From: an uncultured bacterium
GTDB taxonomy: Bacteria > UBP15 > UBA6099 > JAJRTR01
Direction of reading: 5' to 3'
Assembly (NCBI GenBank): GCA_964595945.1
Contig: CAZQSL010000009.1
Location: 1-49,903 of the forward strand
Length of the DNA stretch: 49,903 nucleotides
A model generated the notes under the pieces. That model was not told the origin of the DNA, ran no database searches, and worked only from the letters and a program-made list of their open reading frames with translations. Below are positions 38,645-47,507 of this stretch, one piece after another; within the stretch, counting starts at the first letter, position 1, and each line of letters starts with the position of its first letter. A program made the position numbers and the translations under genes.

Positions 38645-40348
38645 TCAGTCGATGTTGATGAAGACCGCTCTTCGCACCTCCTCTATTGTCGTGACGCCTT
38701 CGACGACTTTTCTGAACGCCGAATGCCGCAGGGTGCTCATGCCTTCTTCGACCGCCGCGTGACGGATGTGCGAGGCGTTTTCGCCACGCAGTATCATCTG
38801 CTGCACAGTGCCGGTAACGGCCATGACTTCGAATATTCCGATACGTCCGTGATAGCCCGTAAATCCGCAATATTTGCATCCGGCACCCTTGTATATGACT
38901 ACTTTGCCGGTTTTTTCGCTTCGCACGCCGAATTCCTTGAAGAGTTCCTGCACGTCCATCTTGTGTGGTTCTTTGCAATACGGGCAGATGACTCTCACGA
39001 GCCTCTGCGCGATGACGCCAATGACAGAGGCGGAGATAAGATATTCCTTGATACCCATTTCCTGGAGTCTCGAAATCGCGCCGGGGGCATTGGATGTGTG
39101 AAGCGTGCTGAATACAAGGTGGCCGGTCAGCGATGACTGGGTGGCTATCATGGATGTTTCCGAATCTCGGATTTCACCTATCATTATGATATTGGGGTCT
39201 TGCCTGAGGATGCTGCGCAGGCCGGTGGCGAAAGTCGCGCCGGTTGCAGTGTTGACCTGCGACTGGTTGATGCCGGGGAGTTTGTATTCGACAGGGTCTT
39301 CGATGGTCACGATGTTGGCGGCAGTTTTATTGAGACGATTGAGCACCGAGTACAGGGTAGTAGTTTTGCCGCATCCGGTCGGCCCCGTGACAAGTACCAT
39401 GCCGTAAGGTTTTTCGATAAGTTCCTTCACGATGCGCAAGTCATGGGAGTTGAATCCGAGACGCTCTATGTCGATGAGCATCGTATCCTTGCTGAGCAGT
39501 CTCATGACGACTTTTTCGCCGTTGATCGTGAGGTAGGTGGCGACACGGATATCGTACTCGCGCCCGGCTTTGCGGATGGCCATGTGGCCGTCCTGTGGAG
39601 CGCGTTTTTCGGTGATGTCCATATTGGCGAGTATTTTCACCCTCGAAACGATGGAAGCTTCGATATGGCGCGGTATCTGCATGACATCGCGCAATACTCC
39701 GTCAACCCTGTAGCGGACGCGTAGCTGTGATTCCTGTGGTTCGAGATGGATGTCAGACGCGCGCTCGTTTATAGCGCCTTCGATGATATCGACCACGAGC
39801 CTTACAACAGGCGGATTGTCGACCGTGTCGACGATGTCGTCGATGACCAGTTCCCCGCTTTTGAGCGGGATGTGATCTTCGACGTGCATGTCGATGATCG
39901 TCTGTTTTGTGCGGTTAGTAGTGCTGAAGAAATGATTGATGGCAAGGCTGATTTCGCGCTCCGTGGCAAAATGGATTCTCACCCTGTATCCGGTTGTCAG
40001 TTCTATTTCGTCGATGACGGTAAGATTGGTTGGCGGATACATGGCAATACTGATCTGGTCCGTATCGAGTTTGAATGGAAAAACATTGTACTGCCGCAGA
40101 AGTTCTTCTGGAAGAAGGTTGGGTATCTGTGGCTCGATGTTTTCCTCTTTGAGCTCGATGCGTTCGATGCCGAGCTGCTCGCCAAGTACGTCGACATAGG
40201 TTTCCTGCGTGATCATCCCGAGGTCGATCAGAGCGCGCCCGAGCGCGGTCGCCCCCGTACTCCTCGTCTGGCGGCGTGCCTTTGCAAGCTGTTCTTCTGT
40301 AATTTCAGTCTTTGTCTTCAGTATTTCAACAAAGCGCGCGCGTCCCAT
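38645..40348 (-). CDS. pilB: Type IV pilus/T2SS assembly ATPase PilB (GspE family) with MshEN-like N-terminal domain
   Basis: GSPII_E N-domain. Walker A LVTGPTGCGKTTT. Tetracysteine motif CPYCK...CKYCGFTGY. GGAAGGGG RBS. Confidence 0.9.
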   Translation of the reverse strand: MGRARFVEILKTKTEITEEQLAKARRQTRSTGATALGRALIDLGMITQETYVDVLGEQLGIERIELKEENIEPQIPNLLPEELLRQYNVFPFKLDTDQISIAMYPPTNLTVIDEIELTTGYRVRIHFATEREISLAINHFFSTTNRTKQTIIDMHVEDHIPLKSGELVIDDIVDTVDNPPVVRLVVDIIEGAINERASDIHLEPQESQLRVRYRVDGVLRDVMQIPRHIEASIVSRVKILANMDITEKRAPQDGHMAIRKAGREYDIRVATYLTINGEKVVMRLLSKDTMLIDIERLGFNSHDLRIVKELIEKPYGMVLVTGPTGCGKTTTLYSVLNRLNKTAANIVTIEDPVEYKLPGINQSQVNTATGATFATGLRSILRQDPNIIMIGEIRDSETSMIATQSSLTGHLVFSTLHTSNAPGAISRLQEMGIKEYLISASVIGVIAQRLVRVICPYCKEPHKMDVQELFKEFGVRSEKTGKVVIYKGAGCKYCGFTGYHGRIGIFEVMAVTGTVQQMILRGENASHIRHAAVEEGMSTLRHSAFRKVVEGVTTIEEVRRAVFINID

Positions 40349-40603
40349 AGGACGTCCCCTTCCGCAGCATGACAGGCCAAAAGGCAGCCTTAGCTGTTCT
40401 TCTTGATCAACTTTATAATACTATCCACAAGTTTTCAAACAATTTTTCAGTATTTTTTCCTGTCTATAGAAAACCGACGGATGCCATTCATTGTTTCAAG
40501 TCAGTATGGACATTGTCCGCGCCAGTGCCGGTCAGGCCAAAAACGGCACTGAAGTCCGATCTTATGTCAAGCGCCCCAAGCGAGACGATGGAAATGGTAG
40601 CGA

Positions 40604-42034
40604 TCATTCTTCATCTTCATCGAAATCATCTTCAGGTGGGAGGGAACCGTCCTTTTTCATATCGAAGAGTCCATATTTTTTCATCTTGTTGTGAAGGCTT
40701 TTTCGGGAAATCTTCAGATTCTCGGCAGTTTTCTTCCGGCTCCAGTCAGTATGATCAAGAGCGTTGATGATGATCTGGCGTTCCGCGACAGCAGCGATGC
40801 TGTCGACTATTTCGAGCAGGGATCCCTCGGAAGGCATTTCAGTATCGGAGTCCGCCGGACGCAGGATGTTAGGTGGCAGGCAGTCGTTGGAGACAACATC
40901 GCCAGTTGAGAGCAGTACGGCGCGTTCGATGGTGTTTTCGAGTTCGCGCACATTGCCGGGCCACTGGTATGTGAGGAAAGCGCTGTAGACACTTTGGGAA
41001 ATGCCTCTGACAGAACGATTGTATTTCTTGTTGGATTTTTCGATAAAGTGCTCGACAAGAGGCATGATATCGCCCTTGCGGTTACGCAGTGCCGGCATGA
41101 ATACCGGCATGACGTTGAGCCTGAAGTAAAGGTCTTCCCGAAAGAGCTTTTCCCTGACTGCAACAGACAAATCCTTGTTGGTCGCGGCGATGATGCGGAT
41201 GTCGACCTTGATAGTCTGGTTGCCGCCGACGCGTTCGATTTCGCGCTCTTCGAGCACACGGAGTATTTTAGCCTGCATCGCGAGAGTCATGTCTCCGATT
41301 TCATCCAAAAAGATCGTGCCGCCCGAAGCTTGCTCGAATTTGCCGATCTTGCGTCCTACGGCGCCGGTGAAGGCGCCTTTTTCATAGCCGAAGAGTTCGC
41401 TTTCGAGGAGGTTTTCGGGGATAGCCGCGCAATTGACTTTTATAAAAGGCCCGTCTTTGCGGTTACTGTTGTGCTGAATGAGACTTGCAATGACCTCCTT
41501 GCCGGTGCCGCTTTCGCCATATATGATGACAGTGATATCGCTGTTCATAACCTTTGTAACGAGGGTGAAAACGTCCTGCATTTCAGTGCTTTGCCCAATG
41601 ACTTCCTTGAAATGATGTTTTTCACGGAGCTTGTCTTTCAGTTGTGATATTTCGTCTTCCAGTTTGCGTTTTTCGAGAGCGCGTTTGACCACCACTCTCA
41701 TTTCATTGAGATCGAACGGTTTGTTGAAATAGTCGTAAGCGCCGATACGCATGGCATCGAGAGCAACTTCGCGAGAACCGTAGGCGGTCATCATAATGAC
41801 CGGGATATCTGGGCGAAGGCGTGAAATTTCTTCGAGCGCCCTGATGCCGTCCATCTTCGGCATTCGCATGTCGAGCAGCACGCAGGCGAATTCACTGCTT
41901 TTAACCTTGTCGACAGCTTCTTCCCCATTTTCCACCGTTGTTATGGAGTAGCCCTGCGTCGAGAGAGCCTCCGTGAGAAACATACGCATGTTGGGTTCGT
42001 CGTCTGCGACAAGGATGTTGTACGTATCAGTCAT
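40604..42034 (-). CDS. Sigma-54-dependent NtrC-family response regulator (REC-AAA+-HTH), PilR-like
   Basis: REC domain. GESGTGKE Walker A, GAFTGA and ESELFGYEKGAFTGA motifs. C-terminal Fis-type HTH. Acidic tail. Confidence 0.9.
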   Translation of the reverse strand: MTDTYNILVADDEPNMRMFLTEALSTQGYSITTVENGEEAVDKVKSSEFACVLLDMRMPKMDGIRALEEISRLRPDIPVIMMTAYGSREVALDAMRIGAYDYFNKPFDLNEMRVVVKRALEKRKLEDEISQLKDKLREKHHFKEVIGQSTEMQDVFTLVTKVMNSDITVIIYGESGTGKEVIASLIQHNSNRKDGPFIKVNCAAIPENLLESELFGYEKGAFTGAVGRKIGKFEQASGGTIFLDEIGDMTLAMQAKILRVLEEREIERVGGNQTIKVDIRIIAATNKDLSVAVREKLFREDLYFRLNVMPVFMPALRNRKGDIMPLVEHFIEKSNKKYNRSVRGISQSVYSAFLTYQWPGNVRELENTIERAVLLSTGDVVSNDCLPPNILRPADSDTEMPSEGSLLEIVDSIAAVAERQIIINALDHTDWSRKKTAENLKISRKSLHNKMKKYGLFDMKKDGSLPPEDDFDEDEE

Positions 42035-42037
42035 GTT

Positions 42038-43549
42038 TCAAATATCTCCTGGCAATTCGTTTTTGTCCCTGACGGGTAGTGTCACGGAAAACACAGTCAG
42101 CACTCCCGGATCGCTTGTGACGGATATGCGTCCGCCCTGTGTTTCGATATTCTGCTTGGTGATGGCGAGGCCAAACCCCGCGCCGGTGTCTTTAGTGGTA
42201 AAAGCCGGGGTGAAAATGCGCGAGATGTTATCAGGTTTGATGCCGGGGCCAGAGTCGGTCACCGTGATGACGACAGAGCCCTTGTCACTGGCGCCGGAGT
42301 GAGGAGGGGTGAAATGTGACGCAACGCGTATTTCTCCGGAATAGTCGAGGGCCTGGGCGGCGTTGACGATGAGGTTGAGGATCGCTTGCATCAAGTTCTC
42401 CTCCTGGGTCAGGATGGCAGGCATATCAGGCTCGATATCTTCCATGATGGTGATATTTCTGTTTTTCATCTCGAAGCGTGCGAGACGCAGGATTTCGTTC
42501 ATAATCTCGTTGGCCGGTATCATGCGCCACTCTGATGCTGACGGCTGGATAAATCTGATCAGTCTGTCAAGCACATTGGATACCCGTTCGATGTCCCCCA
42601 TCATGATTTCCGAATAGTTGGCCAGTTGCAGATTTGACGCTGACTTGGTCCTCATATTTTCCACCGTCCGGCGGATTTCATTCAGCGGGGTCTGCACTTC
42701 GAGTCCGATATTGGTTGCAAGGCTGCCGAGCGATGTCAATCTGTCCACCACACGCATTCTTTCCTGTATGCGGCGCATGTGTGCGGCGTCGTCGAATGAT
42801 ACGATCAGGCCGATCAGGGTATTGTCGTGGTCGCGAAGAAAGGATGTGGAAATCGACACTGGCAGAGATTCTGCCATCACGTCGGTTTTGAGCCGCACTT
42901 CACGGCAAACGAAAGTCTTGCGTTCGTTGATAATGGCGCTCACCGTGTGGTGGAAATCCCTGTTGATGGGAATGTCGGGGATCAGATGCGAAAGTGGTTT
43001 GCCGATGTAATCGGCCGACTGGATGCCGAGAATGACTTCTGCGTCGCTGCTCATGGAAGTGATGATAGCGCCTTCGTCGATCGTCAGCACACCGCCCGAT
43101 ATGGTCTGGATGAGATATTGATTCATGGTGGTGATCATACTGTTGAATGCCTTGCCGACCATAGCGAGTTCGCCTTCACCCGCGAGCGGTATAGTGCGGG
43201 CGAGATCGCCGCTCGCGACGCTCGCGGTGCCGATCGTGATGCTGCGGAGCGGAGCCGTGATCGCAACCGAAAGAGCAAGGCCCGCTGTCATGGCAATCGC
43301 GCCTCCGAGCACTATCACTACGGTCGTGTGGCCTATCGTTTCCTGCACGTTCTGGCGGAATTCATTCATCGTGGAAGGAACACGCCTCTGAACGAGTTCA
43401 CGGTTGCCAATGTCTATCATGACAAGTCCGAGACCAAGCACTAGCAGCGTAGTCAGCACCGGGATAGCGATCATCAGGCGCAACCTGAAACTTTCCTTGA
43501 TTTGCAGTTGAGTATCGCTGTCGTTGTCAATCCTGTTGCGATCGTTCAT
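42038..43549 (-). CDS. Sensor histidine kinase (TM-HAMP-PAS-HisKA-HATPase), PilS/NtrB-like partner
   Basis: Stop lies 4 nt from the regulator start. H-box and G-boxes (DSGPGI, GAGFGL). Confidence 0.85.
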   Translation of the reverse strand: MNDRNRIDNDSDTQLQIKESFRLRLMIAIPVLTTLLVLGLGLVMIDIGNRELVQRRVPSTMNEFRQNVQETIGHTTVVIVLGGAIAMTAGLALSVAITAPLRSITIGTASVASGDLARTIPLAGEGELAMVGKAFNSMITTMNQYLIQTISGGVLTIDEGAIITSMSSDAEVILGIQSADYIGKPLSHLIPDIPINRDFHHTVSAIINERKTFVCREVRLKTDVMAESLPVSISTSFLRDHDNTLIGLIVSFDDAAHMRRIQERMRVVDRLTSLGSLATNIGLEVQTPLNEIRRTVENMRTKSASNLQLANYSEIMMGDIERVSNVLDRLIRFIQPSASEWRMIPANEIMNEILRLARFEMKNRNITIMEDIEPDMPAILTQEENLMQAILNLIVNAAQALDYSGEIRVASHFTPPHSGASDKGSVVITVTDSGPGIKPDNISRIFTPAFTTKDTGAGFGLAITKQNIETQGGRISVTSDPGVLTVFSVTLPVRDKNELPGDI

Positions 43550-43579
43550 ATATCTCCTGCCGCATGGATGCTCCGCGGC

Positions 43580-43978
43580 TTATCGTACCTTTAGGTTTCG
43601 CTTGACTTTGTCGAGCAGAATGTTCGGCGCAAACGGTTTGGACATAAAGTCGTTGGCGCCGAGCGTAAGCGCCTTCTGGATGTCACTTTTTTCCGATCGT
43701 GACGTGAGCATCATGATCGGGACAGTCTTGGTGCGTTTGTCATTGCGAAGCTTTGCGATCACCTCAAACCCGTCAGCGCCAGGCATCATTATATCGAGGA
43801 TCACAAGTTGCGGAGGTTTTTTACATGCCCGCTCTACGGCCTCGATGCCGTTTCGCGCACAATCCACGTCAAAACCCGCATGCTTGAGGCGCGCTTCGAG
43901 TATCGTAAGCATGTTTTCCTCATCGTCAACGATGAGTATCCGCTTTTTCAACAACATGGGCATTCGGTCATCCGGCAT
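43580..43978 (-). CDS. Single-domain CheY-like response regulator
   Basis: ILIVDDEENM...D...MPGADG...K receiver motifs. The start may be M6 or M8. Confidence 0.75.
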   Translation of the reverse strand: MPDDRMPMLLKKRILIVDDEENMLTILEARLKHAGFDVDCARNGIEAVERACKKPPQLVILDIMMPGADGFEVIAKLRNDKRTKTVPIMMLTSRSEKSDIQKALTLGANDFMSKPFAPNILLDKVKRNLKVR

Positions 43979-44016
43979 CGCATAGCGATGCTCTTAGGCC
44001 ATCACCACCCCGAAGT

Positions 44017-44032
44017 GTGTAAGTTCTTACAC
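44017..44032. promoter_or_regulatory. 16-bp perfect palindrome GTGTAAGTTCTTACAC in divergent promoter region
   Basis: Seen directly. Candidate operator. Confidence 0.35.
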
Positions 44033-44327
44033 TTTCATCGTAATAATACAGCCTTTTCTACCATTTTTCAAACAATCCAATACTCCGGCCAACCAATTTT
44101 TCAGCTTTGACCGGCAGGGCGATCTATATCCTTTTATATAGTGTCCGAAACGCGGTCATCTTTTTTGTTACACACCCCGATATAGTCAAACTATTTTCCA
44201 TGTCGCGAACACGTTATCCCCACGGCTGTCTAATTATCCAAAAGAGTTTTTTCGCATCAACCGTAACCTCTTTGTCAGATTTCACATATTGACGATGAAC
44301 GGGTAATAAATTCAGGAGGATCGATCT

Positions 44328-46574
44328 GTGAGACAGACAATCATTGGGCTAATAATTGTTTTGGCGGCAATAATTGCTCCGGCTGGAGCGCATGCCGCAG
44401 GGTTTATCGTACCGCTCCCCACCACTGATCCTGCTCCTGCTCCAAACCGGGTGAAATTCGACATCAGTTATCAGCACATCGCCGTTTCGATCACAGAGGC
44501 GGCGGCGCGCACAACCATCGAGCAGACAATCGTCAACCGAACGCTCCGGCCGGTAGAAGGATGGTATGTCTTTCCAGTCCCCGAGGGCGCGGCCGTCAGC
44601 AAATTTTCCCTTTTCGTCAACGATATGGAAATTGCCGGTGAAATCCTTGATCGTGATAAGGCCAGGAGTATCTATGAAGATATCGTGCGCCGCGCACAGG
44701 ATCCCGCACTGCTCGAGTTGGCCGGCAAAGGCATTTTTCGCGCACGCATATTTCCCATCGAAGCCGGGGGCTCCCGCAAAATCAAGCTTTCCTATGTTTC
44801 CACTCTCCCATCCACAGGCGGAGCATGGCACTACAACTGCCCCATCAAGTCTCCTCAGTACTCAGGCGGAGTTACTGAAACTGCCATCACGGTCAACCTG
44901 TCGTCAAAATTCCCCCTTCGCAATATCTACTCTCCCTCTCATATCATTCGCACAAGCCGGTCCGGCAAAAACTCCGCAACCATCTCGGTCACGGAAAAAG
45001 ACAATATGCCATCTGCCGATTTCGATCTGTTTTTCGACACGAGCCGCGAAGGCATGGGCCTCTCACTCCTGACATATTTCCCGCGCCGCGAAGACGGCTA
45101 CTTCATGTTACTCGCATCTCCAGGCCTGCGCGAAGACCCTGACACGATCACACCCAAAGATATTGTATTTGTCTTCGACCGCACGGGCAGCATGAGCGGC
45201 AGCAAAATGGAACAGGCAAGAAACGCTCTCGTCTACTGCCTCCGTTCACTCAACAAAAACGACAGATTCAACGTCATAACCTTCAATGAATCCCCCTCAC
45301 CCATATTCAATCAACTACGTATCGCGTCATCGTCAAACATCAGAGAAGCCGTCGAAGAAGTCTCGGACATGCAGGCCGCGGGTGGCACCAACATCAATGA
45401 CGCCCTCACCAGCGCATACAAAATGCTCGATCCGCAAAACAGGCGTCCCTCATATATCATATTTCTCACGGACGGACTCCCCACCGCCGGCATTACCAGC
45501 ATCGCCGACATCATATCCAATGTCACAAAAGCTGCCCGCAAAGTCAACGCAAGAATATTCACGTTCGGCGTAGGGTACGACGTCAACACGCTGCTCCTCG
45601 ATACCCTCACGGAACGCGTCGGCGGGTATGGCGCTTATGTCCGCCCGGAAGAAGATATCGAAGTGAAAGTCAGCGATCTGTTCCGCATGGTCAACAACCC
45701 TGTCCTGACCGGGCCGGAAATCGACTTCGGCGGACTCGCCCCTTACGACATCACTCCCGCAAAGTATCCTGACATCTACAGCGGCACCAACCTCATCATC
45801 ACGGGCCGGCTCAAACACAACATCCCTTCGACAATCATCATCGAAGGTGCCGAGACAGGCCACCAGCGCAAGTATCTGTACACCTATGCGCCCGAAGACT
45901 CCAGCGGCCAGTCGGACTTCATCCCCACCATCTGGGCCGCGCGGCGCATCGGCACTCTCATCAAGGAGATTCAGATCAACGGATCGAACACCGAGCTTGT
46001 CGAAGAAATCGTCCGCCTCAGCAAACGATATGGCATAGTCACCGAATACACATCGTTCCTCGCTCGCGAAGATGTCCGAATCGATACATACTCCATTCAG
46101 CAGATGACTGCAAGCGCGGACCGGACCATGAATGAAGCACAAAAGGAAAAATCTGGCAAGGCCTCGGTCAGCAGAAGCATCGCCAACAACGCAATGCAAA
46201 TGGCCGACAACACAGCCGCCATCGGCAAGGGCTATGGTGCCAGCCCAGACTCAGCGCAGCCATCTTCAGCTCCTGTGAAACCCGATGCTCATCCCGTCCC
46301 CGCATCACTTGTCATGGCCGGAGCCCGTGCTTTCAAGCATGCGGACAATCGCTGGATAGACACCAATGTCGATGCCTCCACCAGGATCATCGAAATCAAA
46401 TCCTTCAGTGACGCCATGTTGGAACTCATCACAAAACTACCCGAACTCCGCGAATGCGCAGCAATAGGCGACGACGTAACCATCCTTGTCATCCCCGGAT
46501 ACGCCGTCAGATTCCACGGCGCCGGCGCGACGAAACTCAACGGTGAAATATCCGATAGCCTTCAGTTGAAATGA
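44328..46574 (+). CDS. Secreted VIT domain plus von Willebrand factor A domain protein
   Basis: Signal peptide. VIT N-domain. VWA MIDAS DRTGSMSG. GTG start after AGGAGGA RBS. Confidence 0.8.
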   Translation: MRQTIIGLIIVLAAIIAPAGAHAAGFIVPLPTTDPAPAPNRVKFDISYQHIAVSITEAAARTTIEQTIVNRTLRPVEGWYVFPVPEGAAVSKFSLFVNDMEIAGEILDRDKARSIYEDIVRRAQDPALLELAGKGIFRARIFPIEAGGSRKIKLSYVSTLPSTGGAWHYNCPIKSPQYSGGVTETAITVNLSSKFPLRNIYSPSHIIRTSRSGKNSATISVTEKDNMPSADFDLFFDTSREGMGLSLLTYFPRREDGYFMLLASPGLREDPDTITPKDIVFVFDRTGSMSGSKMEQARNALVYCLRSLNKNDRFNVITFNESPSPIFNQLRIASSSNIREAVEEVSDMQAAGGTNINDALTSAYKMLDPQNRRPSYIIFLTDGLPTAGITSIADIISNVTKAARKVNARIFTFGVGYDVNTLLLDTLTERVGGYGAYVRPEEDIEVKVSDLFRMVNNPVLTGPEIDFGGLAPYDITPAKYPDIYSGTNLIITGRLKHNIPSTIIIEGAETGHQRKYLYTYAPEDSSGQSDFIPTIWAARRIGTLIKEIQINGSNTELVEEIVRLSKRYGIVTEYTSFLAREDVRIDTYSIQQMTASADRTMNEAQKEKSGKASVSRSIANNAMQMADNTAAIGKGYGASPDSAQPSSAPVKPDAHPVPASLVMAGARAFKHADNRWIDTNVDASTRIIEIKSFSDAMLELITKLPELRECAAIGDDVTILVIPGYAVRFHGAGATKLNGEISDSLQLK

Positions 46575-46700
46575 TCCTGACTGGGAGTATCCCTCGCGGA
46601 ACGAGTGAATATGTTGTACCGATTAGCATCCATTGAAGTACCATGAGTAGCGCGGCGGCGGGGTTCGTTATACCACGCCCAACATCAGAAACAAACGGCT

Positions 46701-46741
46701 GGTGTGATCCCCGTATTGCGGGGATCACACCAGAGATTTTT
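46701..46741 (+). terminator. Rho-independent terminator candidate (13-bp GC stem GGTGTGATCCCCG/CGGGGATCACACC, 5-nt loop, then AGAGATTTTT)
   Basis: Seen directly, downstream of the VIT-VWA gene in a convergent intergenic region. Confidence 0.5.
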
Positions 46742-46904
46742 CGCTTATACTTATTCCTTCCAAATTGTTACAGCAACAATGCGTATGAGTCCAAATGTGA
46801 GAAGAATGGCTTCGCTTAAGTTATTCGCAAAAGCTACGGGGAATTAAACAAAAGGATAGTGCCGGTGTGGAAGCCAAACACGGCAATTTCGTACAGTCAC
46901 GGGA

Positions 46905-47486
46905 TCAATCTCTGCGATTAAGCAAACCTGACGACAGCATGGAGTACATGATGTCGACGATCTGCTCTTTTTTCACCTTGCGTGGATTTTTGAAGTGTCG
47001 ACGGCTGAGTGTATCGAGTAATCCTACGATCGATACTGCGGCAAGGTGAAAGTCTATCTGCTTGATGTATCCCCTTCTGTATCCGTCGTCGAGCATGTCG
47101 GCCATGAAAAGCACGAATCTCTCTCGCACGGTTTCGATTTCTCCGAGGGTCTTGGGGTCGATGCCGTTTGACAACTCATTAGTAATGATTCGCGCAAGGT
47201 CTCCATACCTGAGGTATAGAGTGACACTCTCTTCGATTAAGACGCGGAAATGTTGCATGAATGGCAAATCAGAATCGAGGGCCGCACCCAATTTTGCGAT
47301 GATGCGTTCGAGCCCGTCGGTGACAGCCGCCGAAAAGAGCTCTGATTTGCTCGGATAGTAGAGATAAAGGGTGCCCTTGCCCACACCCGCGCGCCGTGCT
47401 ATTTCCTCGACGCGGGCCTGATGAAAACCCTGTTTCGAGAATTCTACAACAGCCGCGCGCAATATCTTGTCATTATGTTTTTTCAT
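46905..47486 (-). CDS. TetR family transcriptional regulator
   Basis: N-terminal TetR HTH (ILRAAVVEFSKQGFHQARVEEIARRAGVGKGTLYLYY). Confidence 0.85.
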   Translation of the reverse strand: MKKHNDKILRAAVVEFSKQGFHQARVEEIARRAGVGKGTLYLYYPSKSELFSAAVTDGLERIIAKLGAALDSDLPFMQHFRVLIEESVTLYLRYGDLARIITNELSNGIDPKTLGEIETVRERFVLFMADMLDDGYRRGYIKQIDFHLAAVSIVGLLDTLSRRHFKNPRKVKKEQIVDIMYSMLSSGLLNRRD

Positions 47487-47507
47487 GTGTTTTGTGTTTC
47501 AGGCAAC

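Noticed and set aside
40349-40603. Sigma-54 (-24 GG / -12 GC) promoter upstream of pilB, expected because of the adjacent NtrC-family regulator
   Set aside because: Candidate TGGCC...GCTGC elements have the wrong GG-to-GC spacing. No convincing match was found by eye. A position-weight-matrix scan would be needed.
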